Assembly (NCBI GenBank): GCA_051362555.1
Contig: CM120640.1
Span: forward strand, 40,898,788 to 40,962,787
Reading direction: 5' to 3'
Origin: Lingula anatina
Lineage: Eukaryota; Animalia; Brachiopoda
DNA: 64,000 nt
The position numbers were made by a program, and so were the translations under genes. The notes below the pieces were generated by a model. It saw nothing but the letters and a program-made list of their open reading frames with translations, searched no databases and had not been told where the DNA came from. Below, one piece after another: positions 14,101 to 25,835 of this stretch. Numbering within the stretch: the first letter of the stretch is position 1; the number at the start of each line of letters is the position of its first letter.

Positions 14101-17100
14101 TTTACTTATATATGAATCATGTGGATAAATATTTTTGCAAGTCTAAATGATAGTAAGTTTTCCTCATCTCTTGATGATCTCTTTTTTCTTGCATAATATT
14201 ATGTATAGATTTATAATAATAAATATTAAGCTTTTAATTTTTGGGACTTCATTGAAAATTAAAATTTTTAGCTGGCCCACCCATTCCTCCAACTATGTCA
14301 GTACCAACCACATCCAAACCCAACCAGCCAAACCAGGTAGAGCTTCCAGGTCATGTTAGTGCTGTACACTTTGAGTTTCCTGTTACTCCCCAGATGTCGC
14401 CACTTACCAGGATCCTCATCTATTATGTTAGAGAGGATGGGGAAGTTGTATCTGACAGTACAGAGGTCAAGGTGCAGCATTGCTGGGACAATAAGGTTAG
14501 ACATTTTTTGGAGAATTTGCAAAGAGAGTATATATGTATTTAAATCTTAGAGAAAAACTAAAAAGATTAAAGAAGAAATGCAGAAAAACACGGTCAAGTG
14601 AAATATATGATGTACTAGACCATGAAATAGATTGTGATTTTAATCCAAATTTTGATGAATGTGTTAATCCTGACTTAGATAGATAATTCTAAACTACATT
14701 TGAGACATGATTACAGAAATCAAGCAAGAAAAACAGAATTAAAAAATTATAAGTTTCAACTTTTCAAACTCACCATTATGATACAGAAAATGAAAACGTG
14801 TAAACTTAAACCTTGTTTTATTCTCATCAGGTGGAGCTTGGGTTCTCAGATGAAGAACGTCTACCAGGAGAAGACACTACCCTGGAGTTGAAGGCCAGCC
14901 CTCAGTCCCTGTGTGCTATTGGGGCAGTGGACAAAAGTGTCCATCTTCTCAGGTCTTCTAATCAACTGGACTCAGGCAAGGTATATTGCAGTGGTTAATT
15001 TTACCAATTTCTCATTAATAAAGATACAGGTCTGTAGCTAGTAATTACAAAGTCGGAGGGGTCTTTTTCTGAAAAACAAAATGGACTCTTTTAACCCAGT
15101 AGTTGACCCTATCTGAGAAATGGCATAGAATCTAGATCTTATTTTGATTCAGGCAATAATTTTCATTCAGGCAATTTGAGGCAATAATTTAGTTTCTGTA
15201 AGGCATGCACATGTATGATTAAATCAGGTATAAGTTATCATAAATGATATGGATTGACTCTTATCATTTCAGATTTTTGAATTATTGAAGGGTTATGACA
15301 TAAATATTAATAACGGAGGTGATGGATCTTCAGACTACTGTGAAAAGAAGAGGCGTTTTGAAGAGAAGGAGTCACCTAGTGAGTGATTTATATTTCATAA
15401 TACAACTTTAAAAAAAAATACTGATTCATGCATTTCAAAGTTTGTTTTAATCTTATTCTATCTGTAAATTTTACCCATACAGTAATTACATGACTAGGAC
15501 ATTGAATATCTGAAGTCTAGTTTGGATATGTTGATGATTTTCCATCTTTAGTTTATACCCGGGTTTGAAACTTAAGCTGTGCATTGAAATAATTACTTTG
15601 TATTAATTACATCAGTCACAGATTGATAGACTCCAGCATTAACTGCTAGGTAATTTTCATAATTTTTTTTCAGGCCGTCTGCTTATGGATGCCCCCAGAC
15701 CTCCCTCTCCCTTCTGGAGTCTGCCTGGTCCTCCAGGAGAAAGGAGAAAGAGATCAATTGCACCCTGGTTTTTCCCACAATCAGAATATTATGATGCCAT
15801 CCGGGCTTTTCAGGTACTGTATGCTTTTCCTATTGGGCACATTTTTATGTACAGACACAGATGTGTCTGTACATATTGCCATCACCTGCGTCTGTCGTCA
15901 CCGATGGCGATGGCGATGCCGGCGCCTTGCACTTTCCTTGTAAACACGAGAAGTGGAGGGCAGTTTTACTTTTTGGCTTTATATTTACAGAGCTGATGAA
16001 TATTCATAAAACGCAGGTCAAGTTCGAAAATCAGCATGATCGGGCCATTATTGTAGAAGTTATGCTGTTTTTTCACTTTTCAGCATATTTTTCACATTTC
16101 CTCAGATTCAGTTCTTAGGCATGTTAACAGTCTCATTATTAAACTAATAAGATATGTAAAAGTTTTTGTTTGACATTTCCTGCATCTTTACAACATTGTT
16201 AGTTGATTTTGTAAAAATGATGGTAAACTTGTTATCGTGTATTGTGTAATAAAGTTTCAAAAATGGAAATAAACTCATATCATTGCAGTTTGTCATATTC
16301 AATCATTCACTATGTTCAGAATCTCAGAATGGAAGAAATTGGACATTTAACACTGCTCTTTTGATATTTTTCCCATCTCATCAATTTCTTTAGTTGATCA
16401 TATAAAAATGGCAGTAAACTGTTAATTTTGTTTTATGTTAAAAATTGTTAAAAATGGAAAAAAAAAACATTTCAGAACAGTGCTGTCTTGTTTACATTTT
16501 GGCATTTTCAAGTTGTGACTTTGAAGTTCCATGGGCCTGAAGACCTTTGCTAGTCACATTTTCTGAATATCCATGATACTAATATTTTATTATTAAAAAT
16601 TGATGGTCATTATGCTGTTAAACATTATGTAATATTGCATCAAAATTTGAAAAAAAACTATTTTGGGCACTGCTCCCATGATGACCATTTAAGAAAAACC
16701 ATGTCACTTACTGTTCTCAAACTTACAGGAAAGAAACATGGGACTAAAATATAGCTCAGTAGGCAATGCAATCTGCCAGTTAAACAGTTTTTTTATGAAA
16801 TTTTAATTTTTCACATATTGGCATTTTCAAGGTGTGACTGAAGTTCCACAGGCTTGAAGACCCATGCTTGTCACATTTTCTGAAAATCCATGATACGTAT
16901 ATTTTATTATGAAAAATTGATGGTCATTATGCTGGTAACCATTATGTAATATTGCATCAGAATAGAAGAAAACACAATTTTGGGTGCTGCTGCCATGATG
17001 ACCATTATGGGAAAACCATGTTTCTTATGATTGCCAAACTTTCAAAAAAGAAATACAGGACTAAAATGCAGCCTGAGTTGGAAAAGCAGTCTAATTGACT

Positions 17101-18187
17101 TCTTTTTCTGGAAGTTTTACATTTTCAAAGGGTGAACTTGAACTCCCATGGGCCTGAAGCCTTATGTTTGTTACACATTTTACTTACATTGGTATTACCT
17201 GTTGAGCATAATTAGAATTTGATGTTGAATTTGCAGTTTAACATAATGTACTTTTGCATCAGAATTGACAGTAGCCTATTTTGTTATTTCCTGCTTTTTG
17301 TCTGTACATTTGACAGCTTTGCTGCCTTGTTATATATATGAATTGTTTGTTCCTGGCAGGTACGCAGAAAGGTCAACATCTGATCAAATTTCAAAGCTCA
17401 TCAATAAGATTTTATATGTCTACAGATGAGATGTATCTATATTATGAGGATGTGTTATGTTGCGAGTAAGATTGGAAATATTTTGGAATTTATGTATTTA
17501 TCCATTCATTTACTTTAATTTTTTAGACGGCTGGTATGGTAGTGTTGACAGACCTTACAGTTGAAACCAGACCTTGTTCTTCCTACAGACCATATCCTGC
17601 TATTTACTGGAGAGGATTAGGAGGTAAATGTTAAACTGCTTCTCTGACAAATTTATAAGTCTGAGACAAAGTTGGAAATTTAGTCAATTATTGAAACATT
17701 TGCGTAAGGATTAGTAATTGTATATGAAAGAGCCACAGTTTGAGTATGGACTTATGATTTAATAATTTTGCATCGTAAGTTATTTTACAAAATTCTTTTG
17801 TTCAATAATTTTTTATCATAACAGCTCTTGCTGACCAAAGTAAATATATGTTCGTTTGAGGTATTTGTTGTATTTTTAGTTATTAAAAGTTTGTACTCAG
17901 TGCTTCAGTACTGTTATAAATTAAATTTTTTACATAATTTTCATTGAAATTTTGTTTAAGGAACAGACTGGTCCTTTTTCCAGCTATCAGTATAATGAGC
18001 ATGCCAATACCTCCAATCTTTTTGCACATCTAGAATTTTTTCATATTTTTGTTACATGTAGTTGTCAAGTCTTGAGCATTTTTAATTGATATCTACTTCT
18101 TTATAGTTATGATACCCGTGAACAACCACTAGCAGTTATCAGTCATTGTTACTACCACTACTACTAATTGACCCCCTCTCTCCATTT

Positions 18188-18230
<43 letters not shown>

Positions 18231-18956
18231 CTATCTAATTAACTGTGTATACATATTGTTTTACCCTAGGACCTATGCTTGTGGAGGAGGATGCTCCAGT
18301 TGCATTCATGCAAGTAGATGTAAATGCACCTACAGGTCAAGACTCTAATAGCAAGGATGAGTCAAGAATTCAGAATACTCCAACTTTGCGAAACTATTTC
18401 CCAGAAACCTGGCTATGGGACCTTGAAACTGTTGGGTGAGAAGACACACATATATTCATAAGTTTACACTTTGTAACTTTTTCATTTCCTTTCAGATGCA
18501 CACAGGATTATTGGTGATGAATCCACAAGGAATGCTTGTTGTCTGCGGAATGATATATTGGGATCTTTTGAAATTGTGCCTATTTTATTTTTAGGCTATT
18601 TCAATATTATTTTACTGGTATATTATACCCTATCTAATTGAACTAACTTGCTGTAGGTCCACTGGCAGTACCAAGAGCAAGTGGAATCCGACAGTTTAGT
18701 CCACCTGTTGCTCTTCCCATGATTGTTGAAGCTGATGATATTAAAGAACCTACTAAAACTGTAACTAGCACTGTCACATTGAGGAATTACTTTCCTGAAA
18801 CTTGGCTGTGGGAATTGGAATATGTAGGGTGAGATGTGTGGTACTAAAACTTCTAATGTTTTGTAAGTCCTTTGTTTGTTGCTTTGCTTTGGTTCAGTAT
18901 GGGCTACCAAGTTAGCAGCTAAAGTGATGAATGAGAGATCGCATGAAGGTGGTGCA

Positions 18957-19027
<71 letters not shown>

Positions 19028-21359
19028 CAAGCAATGCACACTTTGTGAGCATTATTTTTCAAGTGAAAATATAAGTAATTGCTATGTGTGGCCAGAAGTA
19101 TATATTTATAAAGTCTTCTGGATGAGTCTTTTGAATGTCTTTTTGATGATGTTATTTTAAAATATCTAATTTAAAATACTATTAACTTGGGTAGAAGATT
19201 CAGTTTTGGTGACTGAATCTGCCATTGATTAATATTGAGATTGAAATATACTGTGAACGATAATGAACAGATAAATGTTGATATATTTTGATCTTTTGCA
19301 TGTTTTCAAGTCCAGAATGTTAAATATCCACAATGGGTATTGATTTTGCAATTGATCTACATGTATACAGTAGTTACTTACCATATACAAACTAAACAGG
19401 CAAATCATATTTTCTGAAACATACTGTTGATTAGAAACTGAAATATTGAAAAAAAAACTTTAAAAATATTACAAATCTTGAAAAAATGAAAAGTGGGCAA
19501 TTTGTATAGTAACATAATTAATTTGGTATCAGGGTATAGTTGAGAAAATGATTATCTAGAAATGTAAACAAGAAGATGCTATACTTACATGATTTCAACT
19601 TAAAACCAGACTTTGGTCTTTTTTCCAGGGAATCAGGTAAGCTGGAAAAGAAGCAGACCATGCCCCACACCGTCACTGAATGGGTGGGCAGTGCTTTCTG
19701 TACTAACACAGAAACTGGCCTAGGGGTGGCATCACCAGCAACCATCAAGACATTCCAGCCATTCTTTGTCTCCTTCAATCTGCCCTATTCTGTTATTCGT
19801 AAAGAGAAAGTGCCACTCAAGCTTTCAGTCTTCAACTACTTGGAGGAATGCTTAACTGTATGTATTTTAAAAACAAAAGCATTACATGGAATCTTGTGAT
19901 TGAGATATTCGATTTATTTGTGCATTATTGTAATTCAAATATATGCATGCAATAAAGTGTGCATAGGTAAAATCAATATTGTACATCAATGTTCAAACAT
20001 GTTACCCAGCACTATAAGCATTGAAACAGATTGACAGAACCTTGAGTGCGTGCTAGTCATGATAAACTGTGTCATTTACTTTATTTAGATCCAACTCACT
20101 TTGAAGAATTCTCCCTCCTTTGTGGTATTTGGGGAAAAAACTGCCAAACTGTGTGTCTGTGGAAACGAAGTGAAGACCCACACTTACAAAATAGTGGCTA
20201 CCAAGCTGGGGAACATCAACATTACTGTCAAGGTACACATCTTACATTATAGAAAAAAATTGTGCCTGGTTTACAGTGTTACAGTTACTAGTGAATCTAA
20301 GACAAAGGTCCTAGTAGAATATGTTTGAAATGCATGCATTGTGTAAGCAAAGCGAGTTATTTTTACATTATTTTTACATTATTTTTATATTGATTGTTAT
20401 TATTTTGCCTCTTTCTCTCTCTCTCTCTCTCTCTCCACTGATCAATTTTATTCCTATTTTAGTTAATATGCCGTCATTAGCTTGAATCTTGATTTATTCT
20501 GTATATCTGGTATATTTAGGCTGTTTCAACAGATGAAGCTGGAGTATGTGGAAATAATGTACAGATGAGTTCTAAGTATATTGATGTGCAGGATGCAGTT
20601 GAACGACAATTATTAGTGGAGGTAATGCTCTGTTCATGTATTTCAGCTGAGCAATTAATTAATAAATGAAATGACATTTTTTGAGAAACTTTTATTTACT
20701 TTGTTCAAATATTATAAAAAGTTTGCAGATGTATCTGAATAGTGCTCTCCAATTGTACAATGTTCATTGTTGGATTTCAGGCTGAAGGAGCAGAGGAGGA
20801 ATACACTTACAGCTCATTTTTTTGTCCTAAAGGTAAGAGTTCAGTCATTTGTATATTACACAGTGCATTTTTCCATTTTAAAAAATAACATTACAAAATC
20901 TTGTTTTAAATAAATGGTAGACAACAAGTATTGTTTCACACCCATGTGGCTAGCTGATGATTCAGTTAATTCCTTTTGTATCCTAGCCACTGGTCAGTAG
21001 TTGCATTGAAAATGGAATATTCTTTTTTCTTCTGAATTGTTAAAGGAACTTATTTTAAATCTCACAGTGAAAGTATTAAAGTGATACCATAATCCCTGTG
21101 CTAAAAAAGATGTAATTTTTTTCTTTTCAATTTCTAGATGCACCATTTAGTGATGAAGTTGACCTCACGTTGCCGAAAAACCTGGTTCCTGACTCGGCAC
21201 GTGCCAGAGTCACATTGACTGGTAAGACTCCTTAATTTTCACCAATGTTTTTAGAGCTAGAGATATTAACTTTTTTGTTAATAAAAGTCCCACAGACCGA
21301 CAGTCTCACCTATGTTATGTTGTAATACCTTTCCCTTTCTCTCCCTTGCCCCTTCCCTC

Positions 21360-21432
<73 letters not shown>

Positions 21433-24400
21433 AAATATATAGCATCATATTGTCCATTCATCCATATATCTGTAGAAGCAATATCATCCAGCCACTTCCA
21501 GTAACTTGTATGATCATTTCCAATAAATTGTACAATGAAAGGTTTAATTGTAGAATTTTTCCAGGATATAATTGTATGTATTGTACATGTAGGTGATCTG
21601 ATGGGTCCATCCCTGACTGGTCTGGACAGCCTGGTCAAGATGCCCTATGGCTGTGGAGAACAGAACATGGTGGGCTTTGTGCCAAACATTGTGGTAATGC
21701 AATACCTGAGCAGTACAAACCAACTCACACATGAGATAGAAACCAAAGCCAAGGAATACATGAAAGCTGGTGAGTTGACTTGATGGATATTTTTGTTTGA
21801 TATTGTGAATTTTTTTTCATGAGAAAATTGGCATATGGAAGAGAGCAAACATTATGGTCACTTGGTGATTTTTCTGGTGATCTGGAAGAGAGCAAATATT
21901 TCGGTCACTTGGTGATTTTTCTGGTGATCAATAGTTTACAAAACAAGAATGGACTATGTTTATATGTTATTTGAAGAAAGGTATAGGAACTTTTTATTCA
22001 TTAAAAGAATGTCATGACAAAATGGTCAATTTAACAGTCTGAATGAAATGCAATTTATTTTACTCTTTGATACCCCATAACTTTTTATTTCAAAACTCCT
22101 TTTCATCTTTAATAGGTTACCAAAGAGAACTGAATTACAAGCACGCTGATGGCTCATATAGCGCCTTTGGTAAAAATGATAAGTCAGGCAGCACTTGGTT
22201 AACAGCTTTTGTTCTCAAGTCTTTTGCCCAAGCCAGGAAATACATATTCATTGATGAAAAAGAGCTTGAACAGACCATTGGATGGCTCAGACAACAACAA
22301 ATGAACAATGGCTGTTTCCGTAAAGTTGGGAAGTTGTTTTCGAAGAGCATGGCAGGTGGAGTAGAGAGCAGTACAGACCCCACCACTAGTCTGTCTGCCT
22401 ATGTACTCATGGCATTGTTGGAAACTGGCCTGGAGAAAACAGTAAGTTTTCCCTAACCCTTGGACTCATAAGTGGATGAATGTAAATTTTTCTAATATCT
22501 AAAATTTTAGTGTTTTAAATTGGCATTTGAATATCTGGATTCAACTAATGGCAATTAAGAGATGGGATGTTTGATGCTAAAGGTTGTGACCATGCTAAAG
22601 GTTTACCCTAATGCCTGTACATTCATAATGCAATTAAATTTGTTTTACAGGATCCTTCCATACAGGGTGCCCTCCACTGTTTAGAGAACAGAGATATCAC
22701 AGATACCTACACAGTGGCCATTATGGCATATGCCTACACATTGTATTATAATGATGATCTAGATAACCCTCTTAGACAGAACTTCATGAAGAAGTTACAC
22801 TCCAAGAAAATTGAAGAGAGTAAGATAGTGGTCCTCTGTCACTGCAGTGGAATAAATTCAATTGTAATCTTTGATAGTTTGATTTAAAAAAGTTTGACTT
22901 TATTTCATGGTATTTGGATTGGTTTAAATTTTTCTTGTGCTGTTACAACTGTTCAGTCCATAATTCATATAAGATATAGAGAATGAATTAATACATTTAT
23001 AGGTGCATATAACTTAATCAAATTAATCAATAATCAGCTAAAGTCAGCATAGCCAGTAATTATGAGCTGAAGTTTAAATGATGAAGAGAAAAAGGCGGGG
23101 AAATAAAACCGTTTTGTTCAAAAATGTTAAAAATACATATACATAATATTACAGGTGGAATGGTCCAATGGAATCGTGAAAAAGCTCCAGCAAAACCCCC
23201 GAATGATGATGGCTGGTTCAGCCCCTTCTGGCAAGCCCAGTCAACAGAGGTGGAGATGACTGCCTATGCTCTAATGGCCTATAGTGTGGGAGGACAGACA
23301 GACAACATCGGCTTCTCACTCCAGATTGTACGCTGGTTGTCTCAGCAGAGGAATGCTTATGGAGGATTCTCATCCACTCAGGTGTGTATATGCCAGTGTT
23401 TTAGATGGGGTGATTCCCATTTTGATATGAAAGGGACACTGTGAAAGAAATTGAAATTTCTAGTGTGTAGACCTTTATTTGTGTAATTTTATTTATTTAT
23501 TATTGAATTTTATTTTTATTTGCTTTCTTTACCTCTTTTTGTTTCTTTGCTTTTAGGACACAGTAGTAGCAATTCAGGCCTTAGCAGCATATGCCAAATT
23601 GACCTATTCACCAGATTCTGTGGTATATGCTGATGTCCAAGGAAATGACTTCAGGAAAATTTTCTTTGTCAATGATGTAAATAGCTTGGTCCAGCAGGAC
23701 AGTCCAGTGCCATCTCTGCCAAACAAACTGACCATTAATGCCAATGGAACTGGGTGTGCTCTTATGCAGGTATTTTTGGACCTCTGCAGTTTCTTTTTAA
23801 GTTTAGTTTAAAAGTTATTGAATAATTCATATGTAATTTGCAATGGAATGTTTCATTTTTGTAAATTAGTAAGATTTGTAAAGTATTCAGATATCAGGGT
23901 ATGTTTGAATAGTTGATAATTTCAGAATGCTGTCATGCTGCCATAAGGGGTGTATTTTGTTGTAAAAAATGGCCTTTTTTTACAATTGCAGCATGTTTTT
24001 GCACTTTGATTATTAATTGATAGAAAATAATCTAGACAGTGATTTTGAGTTTTTCCATTTGTCTTATGAATGAGTCAGTAAATGATTCACAGGAAAGTAT
24101 GTAATAACAGCAAGTCTTGTGCAAGTTGTTATATTTGCAAACAAAGTGCAAAACTCTAAAGATGGAACTCTGAAAAGGCCCATGGTTTCACATTTTGGCT
24201 GTGACATGCATAATTAACACATTTTTTGAACAAGCTATGATTTAAAAAAATCTTTTTCAGGCAAATGTCCGTTATAATGTATATGAAGTGCCAGTCAAAG
24301 TGCCTGTCTTTGATCTAGATGTGAATGTAATGAGAAAACCTGGAGCCTGTAAGAGAAGGATTCTCAGTGCTTGTGTGACGTAAGCAATTTTCATCTTTTA

Positions 24401-25786
24401 ATGATTCATAAAAATCTTGAATTTGGGAATTTTATTTTGGTTTGAACTGAGATAGAATTAACCTGAACAAAGACTTTTTCAAAATAATTTTTAAAAGGCC
24501 AGTGGTGATAGAATATGTAATATATTTTCTCCATGTTTTCAGATATAATGGCCAAGATGAAGAGTCAAACATGGTAGTAATGGAAGTGAGGATGATATCT
24601 GGTTGGATTCCAGATAAAAAGTCTTTGAAAGAAGTATGTTTACCAAGAGCAAAATCATAAAGGATGTAACATCGAGAAATAATACACATTTAATTTCTAA
24701 ACACTTCTCAGAAAAATTAAGATTTTTAAATTGGCTGACAACCCACACACTTAGCACTGTACAAAAAGAAAAAAAGCCTTAAGGTATTATCTTAATTTTT
24801 TTTTAAATTCCAGATGAAGAATCAATTTTCTCACACACTTCTTAAGAGATATGAGGTAGACAAGGATGCTGTAGCCTTCTATTTTGACTATGTAAGTTGA
24901 CTGCCATGCACTTCTGCACTTGTGTTATATAACAGTTACAAAATAATTTCTTTTCCAATTTAGTTAAATGATATGTACTGTTTAATGGTCTTTTGTGACT
25001 CATTATTATTGATGTTGTCCATTCATCTTCTGTGTGTGTCTTTAGTTAAGCAGGGGTGTGAAGCAGTGTGTGAGGTTTCAAGTGGAACAGTACCAGGAGA
25101 TTGAGAAAACAAAAGTCAGACCAGTTAAAGTATATGACTATTATGAGAAAGGTAAGGTTTAAATTAATAATAATTAATCATATTTTTGTTATCAGATTTT
25201 CCTGAGAGTATTTCAAAGAAGATTACATGGCTTTTATATTGCATGGAATCTCATGTTGATCTTTAAGCATAAGAAAGCTTGACAACTATTTCCTCTGATA
25301 TGTGTACTAGTATTACTGTTATACCCTTTTTTAAAATTTCAGATGAGTCCAAAACTGTGTTTTACAATATCCGTAGAACCTGTGGAACCAAGGAAGACCT
25401 GCCAGTATTAACCGTTGAAGAATATGAAAAAGAATCCAAGGAAAACCCATTTGTCCAGCGAAGACTTCCTAATCCTGCTCCACCATTCAGACCAGAAGCT
25501 GCAAGACTTTTTAGTCTAGGTATCGGCAGTGCATTTACTTGTACTGATAGTATCATTGTTTTTAGACATTAGCTCAGTGAAGGATTTTAAAAAAGCTTTA
25601 AAAACATACCTTTTTAACAAATTTTATTAAAGAACATTTTATAACTCAGAAATATTAACTGGACATCATTATCTTAACTCTATTAAGTCATGATTTTATT
25701 AATTCAATTCATCTTACTGTGTTTTAAGTTTTTAGTTTGTAAAGTCTACAGAACATATTTTATGGATTTTAGACTTTAAATAAATA

Positions 25787-25835
<49 letters not shown>

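Noticed and set aside
17624-18269. Additional bait-region exons
   Set aside because: Candidate acceptors (~17960, ~17983, ~18106) hit stops quickly and no third FPETW was seen here or in 18829-19628.
19629-19642. CAG|GTAAGC cryptic donor 8 nt into the exon after the bait cassette
   Set aside because: Use would frameshift or delete core sequence; explained by Ser-Gly-Lys codons.
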